Source: an uncultured Chloroflexia bacterium (GTDB lineage: Bacteria > Chloroflexota > Anaerolineae > CG2-30-64-16). From it: a stretch of 64,000 bases of DNA. The stretch's first letter is position 1, and each line of letters begins with the position of its first letter. Shown one piece after another: positions 19,352 to 28,349 of this stretch. The notes under the pieces were generated by a model, which ran no database searches, had not been told where the DNA came from, and worked only from the letters and a program-made list of their open reading frames with translations. The stretch lies in NCBI GenBank assembly GCA_963774265.1, contig CAVZDU010000010.1:224001-288000 (forward strand), written 5' to 3'. Made by a program: the position numbers and the translations under genes.

Positions 19352-20671
19352 CTACTCTTGAGCAGGGCCAGTGCGTACAGTGACCATAAACAAGATTGAC
19401 GCCACGACACGGCCGGCTGCGGACAGCCAAAATAGCAGCCGTATGTCCGACACACTGACCAGCAGCATCCCGAGCAGAGGACCGATGAAGGACGCGCTGA
19501 AAACGGCCACCTGATAAGTGGCAGAGAAGCGCGCTCGCTGCTCGTCGGGCGCCAGCCCCAGCATCAAGTTGAAGCTCGCCAGGCTGTAGCCTGCCCAGGC
19601 GAATCCAGACAGGCTTTCCACCATCAGCAGGAACCATGGATTGGGAGCGATGGCATACAGGACGGGGACGAGGGGAATCAACAGACCCGTCACCGCCATG
19701 AGCCAGACCGCGCCTTTACGGTCGTTGAGCCGGCCCCATATCCGCTGCCCGATGATGTTGGCAAGACTGTTGATAGCCGCGAGCAGACCGATCTGCGTTG
19801 GGCTGGCAGCCAGGACGCGTACAATAAACACGCTAAAGTACGGCCCCGCAACCATGATCGACAGGTTCCAAAAGAAGCCGACAGCAGTGAACGCAGCAAA
19901 ACGAGGATGGCTGCGCAACAGCAACCACAGCGGTTGTTTCACGGTGGTTATTTCAGCCGTCACAGAACGAGAACGAGGCGGTTCGGGGATGCGATTGAAA
20001 ATGACGGTGGCGACAAATCCCACGAGTCCGGCGAGAACGAAGCCGACCTGATAGCCGCGCGGTAGCCCAATGACATCGGCCAGCCTGCCAACCAATACCG
20101 TGGAAATCAGGGCAGCCAGTGCGAGGCCAATGTTGCGCGAGCTAAAGTAGCGCCCACGGATGCGTGGCGGCACAAGGTCAGCCGAAAAAGCCGACCAGGC
20201 CGGAAAAGAAAGCTGCGAAAAGAAGGAGCGCAACGCGACGAGTGCAATGAAAGCGTAAATTGCGCCGCCGCCGACCAGCAAGGGCAATAAAGCTATCGCG
20301 AGTAGGAGCAGCCGATGGACCAGGCTCCCAAGGACCACAAGGCGTTTGCGACTTGCGATGCGTTCATCAAGGCGCGCACCCGGAAACAGGGCGAGCGCGG
20401 CCGCCAGATTTGTGATGCTGCTCATTATGCCCATCTGCGCATTTGTCGCGCCAAGGGCCAGCGCAAATGGGTTGGTAAAATTCAGCACAAAGGATTCGGA
20501 GACGTTACTTACCAGGCCATCTGCCCAAAACAGATGGCGTCCATGCCGGCTGCCGGGCTGCGCGTCCGTATCGGGATCGTGTGGGCCGGCAAGAAATTCA
20601 TCCAGGCGAGTGTTCAGCACACGCGGCGCGCGAACGGCTTTGTGGGGTCTGGCGACGTTTTGGTCTGACAT
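19352..20671 (-). CDS. MFS transporter
   Basis: About 12 hydrophobic segments; DLVPPRIRGRYFS, WGRLNDRKG; start MSDQN at 20671. Confidence 0.88.
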   Translation of the reverse strand: MSDQNVARPHKAVRAPRVLNTRLDEFLAGPHDPDTDAQPGSRHGRHLFWADGLVSNVSESFVLNFTNPFALALGATNAQMGIMSSITNLAAALALFPGARLDERIASRKRLVVLGSLVHRLLLLAIALLPLLVGGGAIYAFIALVALRSFFSQLSFPAWSAFSADLVPPRIRGRYFSSRNIGLALAALISTVLVGRLADVIGLPRGYQVGFVLAGLVGFVATVIFNRIPEPPRSRSVTAEITTVKQPLWLLLRSHPRFAAFTAVGFFWNLSIMVAGPYFSVFIVRVLAASPTQIGLLAAINSLANIIGQRIWGRLNDRKGAVWLMAVTGLLIPLVPVLYAIAPNPWFLLMVESLSGFAWAGYSLASFNLMLGLAPDEQRARFSATYQVAVFSASFIGPLLGMLLVSVSDIRLLFWLSAAGRVVASILFMVTVRTGPAQE

Positions 20672-20769
20672 GATTCCAGAATGCAAAAGATTCGGCGGCC
20701 AATGGGCCGCCACGACGAGTATACAGCAGGGGCTTGGCCGGTCAAAAATAGCCGGGCATGCTTTCCGGT

Positions 20770-21879
20770 TTACTGAGAGATGACGGGGAGGCGGACCGCG
20801 TGAGTGCATGTGAGCGCATGTGGCACGGCCACGGGTGTTGACTCCACCCACACGCCCACAAAACGATGATCTGGCCAGGCGCCCTTCTGTCCGGGGATCT
20901 GTCGGGCCGCGGATCGGACGCGGAAACGATAGGTCTGGTCATAGCACGACGGAGAGGCTATGAAGAACGCCCTTCCGGCCTCCTGGTTTGTCACCCAGCT
21001 CTGCCACTGACCCGCCCCTGCGCGGACCTGCACCTCAAAGGATATCCGGTAATTGCCCGCCGGGATGGCATCGATGTCCGGCCCTAGCTCACCCGCCCAA
21101 GCGATTCCGATCGAATTGCCGCTAGTTTCCAGGCTCGTAATATGTGACGATGGCGCGTGTACCAGCTTTACGGCATCTGCAAAGACATGGTTTCCGTGAT
21201 GTAGAAATGGGCTAACGGTACGGATGAAAACGGTCAGGTTCGAGCCTTGTGCGGTCGCGGCCAAGGCGAGGTTGGCCCAACGCACCTCCGTGTGTGGACG
21301 GCGGTCCTCCGTCCACACAACGGATTGGGCGGTAGGATCGACGCCTCCTGTGGGGTCCAGGCCCGCCATCTTTGCGATGTACGCACCCTGCGGACAATCG
21401 CTCGGGGTCGCGCTGCCGCCACATAGGCTCGTCATCCACGCACTCAGACTATAGGGTGTGCCGGGGGTCACGGTCACCGGTTGATAGAGCACGAGATCAA
21501 ATGGCGGGGCCACGAAATCCTGTCCAAAGGGTGCGTAGGCCGCCATGAAAATATAGCTGTCGTGGCCTTCGATCTTCTCCCAACTCATGTCGTTGGGGTC
21601 GCAGCTCATCGTGGCCCACATCTGCGTGCTCACCATGAATGGGTCCCCGCCGGTGAGAATATCGGCTACCCAGCCATTTGGGACCATTCCGTGGACGCCG
21701 GGCTGGTCGTGATAGCCATCGCCACACTCGAACCCGGGATTAAGCAGCACGGGGGCTCCCGGGGTTGCTGCATCCGCCGGTTTGTGCACTAGCTGGCCTG
21801 TTCCCGCCGGCCAGAGTAGCACAAGGTTAAGGACGAGCGCCAGGATGAGCGACAACACCGGAACAGTTGCAGGTCTCAT
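20770..21879 (-). CDS. secreted protein (carbohydrate-binding-like domain plus FN3-like domain, C-terminal LPxI motif)
   Basis: N-terminal signal/TM segment, LLNPGFE, YRFRVRS, C-terminus AVRLPVISQ. Confidence 0.6.
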   Translation of the reverse strand: MRPATVPVLSLILALVLNLVLLWPAGTGQLVHKPADAATPGAPVLLNPGFECGDGYHDQPGVHGMVPNGWVADILTGGDPFMVSTQMWATMSCDPNDMSWEKIEGHDSYIFMAAYAPFGQDFVAPPFDLVLYQPVTVTPGTPYSLSAWMTSLCGGSATPSDCPQGAYIAKMAGLDPTGGVDPTAQSVVWTEDRRPHTEVRWANLALAATAQGSNLTVFIRTVSPFLHHGNHVFADAVKLVHAPSSHITSLETSGNSIGIAWAGELGPDIDAIPAGNYRISFEVQVRAGAGQWQSWVTNQEAGRAFFIASPSCYDQTYRFRVRSAARQIPGQKGAWPDHRFVGVWVESTPVAVPHALTCTHAVRLPVISQ

Positions 21880-22934
21880 CGTCCGGTAGGTGAAACACCG
21901 AGCAGCGCATAATCAAAGAGCCCATTTCGCATAATGGTCTGACCGTCCACCTCAATGGTGCAGTTGATCGGTATCACGTCGACATGCACATTCGACGTCC
22001 AATCCGCGCCGGTCTCGTGGGGATAGGGGTTGCCGAACGCGACGTGGACCCCAGGGAGCTTCTCATCCTGAAGGAGGTTGCCTGTTAGCTTCTTCAGGCC
22101 GATATTGGTGCCAATAGCAAACTCACCCGCGCGGCGTCCGTTCTCAGAGGAGTCAAGATACTCTGTAAGCTCCGCAGCAACCGCGAGATTCTCACTTTCG
22201 ACCGCAGTTACGAGGCCATCGGTCAGGCGGAAGACCACTGGCTTCTCAAGTACTCCGTACTTCTCGCTGAAGTAGTCACCCAGGATGTGAGCCACCAGCA
22301 CGCCATCCAGGCTCTTTGGGCACGTGAAGGTTTCACCTTCGGGCAGGTTGCCCCATTGGCCCTGCTCGTGGTAGATGCCCGTGGACGGCACCCATCTCAG
22401 CTTAGAATCGATCTGGGCAGTGAGATCGGTGCCGTCGGGCGTGCTAACCCGGATCGTATGCGCGTCTCGCCCGAGATCGTAGACGGCTCGCGTGAGCGCC
22501 GCGACGATTTTATAGTCCGCTCGCATGCCCTCGACCATCAATTGCCGCGTTACGCCGGGCATGTGCGCGTGGCGGACCTTGAGCTCCTGCAACAGGAAGA
22601 CACGCAAGGCCATTCGGAAGGACAACTCTCCAGGTTGGCTGGCGGCTGCATAGAATGTGACGCTGGGTCGATAGTTGCTCAGTTCACGGCGAAGCCCTTC
22701 CTGGAATTCGGTCATAGGCCGAAGACCGAAGTGCTCCAGATCGTAAATAACCACACTCGCGCCCACCTCGGCTGCTTCCTCAGACAGCAGGCGGCCGATT
22801 GCGTGGGTCACCCGGTCCGTGAGAACGAAAACACGATCCGTGGGTTTAACGCCCATACACGTGCGAACCGCGGTGCGAGCACCGGCTCGCATCGCCTCGA
22901 TCTGGCTCAGAGTCAGTTTCGGTTGATTCCTCAT
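21876..22934 (-). CDS. M29-type (thermophilic metalloprotease) aminopeptidase
   Basis: GNLPEGETF, GEFAIGTN, QDEK, HVAFG, HVD. Confidence 0.85.
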   Translation of the reverse strand: MRNQPKLTLSQIEAMRAGARTAVRTCMGVKPTDRVFVLTDRVTHAIGRLLSEEAAEVGASVVIYDLEHFGLRPMTEFQEGLRRELSNYRPSVTFYAAASQPGELSFRMALRVFLLQELKVRHAHMPGVTRQLMVEGMRADYKIVAALTRAVYDLGRDAHTIRVSTPDGTDLTAQIDSKLRWVPSTGIYHEQGQWGNLPEGETFTCPKSLDGVLVAHILGDYFSEKYGVLEKPVVFRLTDGLVTAVESENLAVAAELTEYLDSSENGRRAGEFAIGTNIGLKKLTGNLLQDEKLPGVHVAFGNPYPHETGADWTSNVHVDVIPINCTIEVDGQTIMRNGLFDYALLGVSPTGR

Positions 22935-22979
22935 TATCCTACTCCATCCATCAACGCTCTGTAGCGGGCTGGCGCCCCG

Positions 22980-24174
22980 TCATTCCAATTCAATCGCGAG
23001 AGCCACTGCCTCGCCACCGCCGAGGCAGAGCGCAGCCAGTCCCGTGTGGGCGTTTCGGTCGCGCATTGCGTATAGCAAGGTCGTCAAGACGCGCGCACCA
23101 CTGGCGCCGATGGGATGGCCCAGTGCGATGGCGCCCCCGTTGACGTTGACATGTTCCATGTCCAGCTCCAATTCTCGGACATTGGTAACGGCTTGCGCAG
23201 CGAATGCTTCATTTAGTTCAACAAGATCGTAATCAGTGGGTTGGCAACCGAGCTTCTCGCTGAGCTGGCGGACCGCGAGAATGGGAGCGACGAAGACTTC
23301 ATGGGGCTTTGCCCGTCCCTGCGCATAGCCAGAGATTCTGGCAAGCGGCTGGAGTCCCAGGGATTGAGCCGCAGAACGCCGGGCAAGAACGAGGGCTGCC
23401 GCGCCATCGGTGATTCCGGGCGCGTTTCCGGCTGTCACTGTGCCGCCTTCGCGAAACGCCGGCTTGAGACTTGCCAACACAGCCGCGCTCGGTGTCTCGG
23501 CGCGGACCTTCATCTACGTCAAATGAGATGGGCGGGCCTTTGCGCTGGGGAAGTGGCACGGGAGTGATCTCGGCTTTGAATTTGCCTTCGTCTATAGCCG
23601 CGACCGCTCGTTGATGGCTAAGCAAAGCGAGAGCATCCTGGTCTGCCCGCGTCACGCCGTATGTCTCAGCCGTCCACTCAGCAAACTCCCCCATATGCTT
23701 TTGGTCATAGGGGTCCCACAGGCCATCATGGATGACCGCATCCACCAGATCGCCATTTCCCAAGCGATAGCCGAACCGCGCACGCATGAGCAGATAGGGC
23801 GCCAGGTTCATGCTCTCCATGCCACCAGCGATGTAGAAATCGCCCACACCCGTTGCGATGTCAGCAGCTGCAAGCATGACCGCTTTCAAGCCTGAGCCAC
23901 ACACCTTATTTATCGTCGTCGCGCCAATCTCAGGCGGAAGGCCCGCCTTGATGACTGCCTGACGCGCGGGGGCCTGGCCCGCTCCTGCTTGCACGACATT
24001 TCCCATGTAAGCTTCTGTGATCACGGATGGGTCCAGCCCTGCGCGTTCCACTGCTGCCTTGATCGCAATTGCGCCAAGCTGCGTTGCAGGAATGGCGCTC
24101 AGAGCACCTTGGAACTTGCCGATAGCCGTTCGGGCGGCACTGAGAATGACGACGTCGTCTGCCTGCTTCATCAC
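22980..24174 (-). CDS. acetyl-CoA C-acetyltransferase (thiolase), frameshifted near 23490
   Basis: NKVCGSG, GGMESM, TAGNAPGITDGAA, NEAFA, GHPIGASG, CLGGG. Confidence 0.93.
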
Positions 24175-24199
24175 GGGTTTAGCTCCTTTCGCCTATGCG

Positions 24200-24976
24200 C
24201 TACTTCAGCAAGAAACCCTGATTCTCCAGCGCAACGCGCAGATGCGTACGCGTGGGCTGTGATACGCGGCGCGCCGTATGCTCTAGCCAACCGTAGTCTT
24301 CCGTGACTTCGGGCTTGCCGGGCATCGGCACCTGTCGGCCCTCGTAAATGCCTGTCGCAATCATCGCCTTGTCGTAGGCGAGCAGCCACTCATCTGTGTG
24401 GCGGGTGTCGTACTGCTCATGGTGGAGCACCGCAGCCGTGTCCAGGCGGGGTCGTTTTGGCGGTTCGGTCGCTGGCCAACCGACGGTCATTCCAGCGATC
24501 GGGAAGGTAAGTCGCGGGAGTCCCAGGAGCTCGATGATCTGCGCTGGATTGTTGCGGATGCCGCCAATGTAGCAAATACCCAACCCGAGCGATTCAGCCG
24601 CCAAAGCCGCGCTTTGAGCTGCGACGGCGGTATCAATAGCAGCCACAAGGAGGTTTTCGCAGTAATCGGCTGTTTGGGTGTAGCCGCGAAGCTTACACGC
24701 GCGGTCCAGACGGGCCAGATCCGCACACCAGGCGAGGAAAATGGGGGCCTGGGCAACATGCGCCTGGTTTCCACAGAGCTCGGCAAGGCGCTCTCGTTTC
24801 GCTGGGTCTTCCACGGCCACCACAGTCCACATTTGAAGGTTTGATGAAGTCGAAGCGCGTTGAGCAGCATGGACAATCGCGGTAATAGTGGGTGCTGGCA
24901 CGGGGTCTGGTCGGTATCTTCGCACAGAGCCGTGGTTGTGCATCAAGACGAGAACGGGGTTGGTGGGAACGGTCAT
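24200..24976 (-). CDS. NfsA/Frp-like NADPH-dependent flavin oxidoreductase (nitroreductase)
   Basis: HGSVRRY, ASTSSNLQ, AESLGLGICYIGGIRN, RPRL. Confidence 0.9.
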   Translation of the reverse strand: MTVPTNPVLVLMHNHGSVRRYRPDPVPAPTITAIVHAAQRASTSSNLQMWTVVAVEDPAKRERLAELCGNQAHVAQAPIFLAWCADLARLDRACKLRGYTQTADYCENLLVAAIDTAVAAQSAALAAESLGLGICYIGGIRNNPAQIIELLGLPRLTFPIAGMTVGWPATEPPKRPRLDTAAVLHHEQYDTRHTDEWLLAYDKAMIATGIYEGRQVPMPGKPEVTEDYGWLEHTARRVSQPTRTHLRVALENQGFLLK

Positions 24977-25098
24977 TTGCGTCGACTCTCCTTGCTCGGC
25001 AGTCTCAACCGCATTGTAGCACTTGCAAGGATTCTGGGCCAGCGCGTTTTCCTCTTCTCGTCGACGTGAATGACACGGTTGTCGAAACAGGCGTCTTG

Positions 25099-25821
25099 TT
25101 ATCTGAGTGACCGGACGAGCGAGTGGAGTCTGACCGCAGCTCCGCCGATGATCTCGGCCCCATGGCCGAAGCAAATTACATCCGGCTCGAGCGCAGCCAG
25201 TTTGCGCACGCTTTGTACGACTTCCCGGTTATCGACCGAGTATGCGCCGAGGGGCGCCCGAATCTCACCGCGTAGCTGGCTGCCCAACGCGTCGCCCGCA
25301 ATCAGCACCCGTTCAGCAGGATGCCAGTAGGCCAGGTGCCCAGGGGTATGCCCGGGTGTATGAACCGCAATCCAGCCCCCCGGTAGACGAGCGCCATCCT
25401 GGACGGGCCACGTCACTGTCACGGCTTGTTTTGGCCTGGCTGCATAGGCCAGACCGGTCACCCCGCGCAGGAAAAGGCTGAACGGGTTTTTGTAATCTGG
25501 CATGGGACGCCAGGCTGTTCCGGCCAGGCTGGCCACCTCAGACTCATGAGCGACCACAAGCGCACCGCTGGCCTCTACCAACTCAGCCAGTGCGCCGGTG
25601 TGATCGTAGTCATCGTGCGTAACCGCCACCGTCCGAACCTGTTCGACGGGGCAGCCAAGCATGCGAAGACTATCGAACATGGCACCCGCATGCCACGGGT
25701 AGCCGCAGTCAAAGACAATTGGCTCGCCATCGCCTCGTTCGGCTGAGGCAGGATGCCACACATAGGCATTCACACCGAGCCCTACACCTGCAATGCAGTG
25801 CAGGCCAGAAATAACTTCCAT
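25099..25821 (-). CDS. MBL-fold metallo-hydrolase
   Basis: THDDYDHTG, HTPGHTPGH, AGD, FGHG. Confidence 0.85.
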   Translation of the reverse strand: MEVISGLHCIAGVGLGVNAYVWHPASAERGDGEPIVFDCGYPWHAGAMFDSLRMLGCPVEQVRTVAVTHDDYDHTGALAELVEASGALVVAHESEVASLAGTAWRPMPDYKNPFSLFLRGVTGLAYAARPKQAVTVTWPVQDGARLPGGWIAVHTPGHTPGHLAYWHPAERVLIAGDALGSQLRGEIRAPLGAYSVDNREVVQSVRKLAALEPDVICFGHGAEIIGGAAVRLHSLVRSLR

Positions 25822-26363
25822 TACAGGCCAGGCAACCCGAACCGATCGTCAAACATCTTGATCGCTCGCTGGATTTCCTTCTTGGCGGCTACCGCATCTT
25901 CCCAGCCGATTGGTTTCGTACGCACCCCTTCCAGGTCTTTGTAAACCTCGAAAAAGTGCGCGACTTCGTGCAGAAAGTGCGGCGGCACATCACTCAGGTC
26001 ATGATATTCGGAGAACAGCGGATCGGTGTCGGGGACGGCAAGGATCTTGTCGTCGTTCGCACCTCGATCAAGCATGCGGAATACTCCGATGGGCCGCGCT
26101 TGGATGATGCACCCGGGGAAGGTGGGCTCATTGGTCATCAGCAAGATGTCCAGCGGATCGCCATCATCGTAGAAGGTGCGCGGAATAAGGCCGTAGTCGC
26201 CAGGGTAGTGCAACGACGAGAAGAGAACGCGATCGAGTACGATCACGCCATTTTCTTTGTTGTACTCGTACTTGTTGCGGGATCCCTTGGGGATCTCGAT
26301 GATGGCATAGACGATTTCCGGCACGTTGGGGCCGGGGCGTAGTTCACGCCACAGGTTTTGCAT
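25821..26363 (-). CDS. ppa: family I inorganic pyrophosphatase
   Basis: EIPKGSRNKYE, YPGDYG, DDGDPLD, DDKIL, FFEVYKDLE. Confidence 0.97.
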   Translation of the reverse strand: MQNLWRELRPGPNVPEIVYAIIEIPKGSRNKYEYNKENGVIVLDRVLFSSLHYPGDYGLIPRTFYDDGDPLDILLMTNEPTFPGCIIQARPIGVFRMLDRGANDDKILAVPDTDPLFSEYHDLSDVPPHFLHEVAHFFEVYKDLEGVRTKPIGWEDAVAAKKEIQRAIKMFDDRFGLPGL

Positions 26364-26411
26364 TGTTCATCCCTTCGGCTGACGGCCCATACAGTCCATT
26401 GAATACTTCCG

Positions 26412-26663
26412 CTAGAGATGTCGCAGACGCACTACCGGCTCGCCCACGAACGTTTCCAGATCAGCCCGAGCGACATGCGCAGCCCGTGCGAGGCCATCAG
26501 GTGTGGTGAAGTCCTCGAACTTCAGGCCCACCAGGGTTTCCCTCTCGCTTTCACTGAGCGACCGACTGGCCAAGACTGCCGAAGCATTCGCCAACAACTT
26601 CGCGCGGCACATTCCGCAGTTGTGGCTGTGGGCCAGGACAATCAAAAATTCACGCTGTGACAT
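26412..26663 (-). CDS. 83-aa hypothetical protein, Os1348/NHLP/LigA-like, with HxxCxxC
   Basis: GAAGG then ATG at 26663, overlapping the deoC stop. [26 protein letters not shown] resembles the FR..LL.DP..AL...LT..E...L pattern. Confidence 0.6.
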   Translation of the reverse strand: MSQREFLIVLAHSHNCGMCRAKLLANASAVLASRSLSESERETLVGLKFEDFTTPDGLARAAHVARADLETFVGEPVVRLRHL

Positions 26664-27504
26664 CGTCGCCTTCTGCCCGCTCACTTTTCAGCTCGTCCAG
26701 GATCTTTATGCCGGCGCTGGCTCCGATACGCGTCGCACCGGCCCCGATCATGGCCTTGGCATCCGCAGCGGTTTTCACCCCTCCTGCGGCCTTAACTCCC
26801 ATGTTCGGCCCGACCACTCGGCGCATCAACGCCACATCTTCCACCGTCGCGCCAGTCGCTGCAAACCCGGTCGATGTTTTGACATAATCGGCGCCGGCAA
26901 TCTTGGCCAGAACGCAGGCCGCGACCTTTTCCTCGTTTGTCAGGTACGCAGCCTCGATAATGACCTTGACGATCGCGCCAAGCGGATGTGCTGCCTTCAC
27001 CACCGCCGCGATGTCGCTGTGAACCACATCATACTGCCCAACCTTGAGTGCGCCGATGTTAATGACCATGTCGAGCTCGGTGGCGCCCAGGAGGGCACAA
27101 CGTTGCGCCTCAAACGCTTTTACCTCAGGCAAGGTGGCGCCAAGCGGGAAGCCAATTACTGTACAAACCTTCACAGGTGATCCCAACAGTAACTCCACAC
27201 ACAGAGGCACCCAGGCCGGGTTGACGCACACGGTGGCGAAACCGAATTCGCGCGCTTCCGAACATAGTTGGCGGAGCTGATCCTCGGTAGCGTTGGGCTT
27301 CAGAATCGTGTGGTCGATCATGCCTGCAATTCGAGCGCCATCCAGGTTCGTCTCGACAGATTGCCCCTCATCTGTGCCGGGATTATGCCCGGTGGACTGC
27401 CCGCCTTCGCCAGGGTAGATCGCGAGGACCTCGCGCTTGATGATTTCGGCCAGTTGGTCCAGAGAATAGGCGCCTGACGCGCCTGGGCGGAGTGCGTCTC
27501 TCAT
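26650..27504 (-). CDS. deoC: deoxyribose-phosphate aldolase with N-terminal extension
   Basis: [27 protein letters not shown] (Schiff-base Lys), GVKAAGG, RIGAS; AGGTGTAGGAA before ATG. Confidence 0.95.
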   Translation of the reverse strand: MRDALRPGASGAYSLDQLAEIIKREVLAIYPGEGGQSTGHNPGTDEGQSVETNLDGARIAGMIDHTILKPNATEDQLRQLCSEAREFGFATVCVNPAWVPLCVELLLGSPVKVCTVIGFPLGATLPEVKAFEAQRCALLGATELDMVINIGALKVGQYDVVHSDIAAVVKAAHPLGAIVKVIIEAAYLTNEEKVAACVLAKIAGADYVKTSTGFAATGATVEDVALMRRVVGPNMGVKAAGGVKTAADAKAMIGAGATRIGASAGIKILDELKSERAEGDDVTA

Positions 27505-27579
27505 TTCCTACACCTTTTCTCGATCGCCCCAATCTGCTTTACGCGCGCTGTTTGGCGGTCGCTGTTGTGGGCAGCGCTT

Positions 27580-27615
27580 TACCGAGCGGCGGCGCTCTAC
27601 CGAGCGGCGGCGCTC
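27580..27615. repeat. perfect 18-bp tandem duplication at the lepB 3' end
   Basis: TACCGAGCGGCGGCGCTC occurs at 27580-27597 and 27598-27615. Confidence 0.9.
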
Positions 27616-28271
27616 AGATCGGTCAGGTTATAGTGCGGAACAATAGACCAGTATTTGGGTGGCCAATACGATACCAGCGCTTTGCCGATGATGTGGTCGA
27701 GCTTGAGTGGACCCCACAAATGCGAGTCGCTGGAGTTGTTTCGATTGTCGCCCATGACGTAGACCTCGTCGGGACCTACGGTGAGAGGTGGTGCATTATA
27801 GCTGCCAGGATTCGGGCCAAATGGCTCCGGCATCAACAGACCGTCCACGTACACTTGTCCGTTGCGAACCTCGACGGTCTCTCCCGGCAAGCCGATGACA
27901 CGTTTGATGAAATCACGGCTGGGGTCGCGCGGGTACTTGAAGATGACGACATCCCCGCGTGTGGGCACGCGAGAGCACCAGGTTTTGTCGAACATCGACA
28001 CGTTGACGACCGGGATCTCGATGTGGATACCCGTGCAGTAGGCGAAGCGATTCACGATGAGGAATTGGCGATCGTGAAAGTTAGGTTCCATGCTGATGCC
28101 ATCGATCCGGTAATTGTGGATAAAGTTGCGGATGACCATCACCATCAGCAAGGCCATCACCAGGATTTGCACCAGTTCCCAGAGACTGCGTCCCAAGGAA
28201 GCAGCGGCAGGCGCAGGGGTTTTCTGCGTCGCGGGCGTAGAAGTTGTCGGTTCTGATTCAGACACGAGCAC
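27597..28271 (-). CDS. lepB: signal peptidase I
   Basis: GISMEPNF (Ser), RGDVVIF, FIKRVIGLPGE (Lys), GDNRNNSSDS. Confidence 0.95.
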   Translation of the reverse strand: MLVSESEPTTSTPATQKTPAPAAASLGRSLWELVQILVMALLMVMVIRNFIHNYRIDGISMEPNFHDRQFLIVNRFAYCTGIHIEIPVVNVSMFDKTWCSRVPTRGDVVIFKYPRDPSRDFIKRVIGLPGETVEVRNGQVYVDGLLMPEPFGPNPGSYNAPPLTVGPDEVYVMGDNRNNSSDSHLWGPLKLDHIIGKALVSYWPPKYWSIVPHYNLTDLSAAAR

Positions 28272-28299
28272 TTAATCCTTAGCCTTGAATATTCGCAAG

Positions 28300-28328
28300 A
28301 TTATAGCACTGGGGAGGGGCGCAAGCAA
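28300..28328 (-). promoter_or_regulatory. lepB promoter
   Basis: Minus strand TTGCTT-17 nt-TATAAT with TGn. Confidence 0.65.
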
Positions 28329-28349
28329 ACACAAATGCGTTATTCATCC

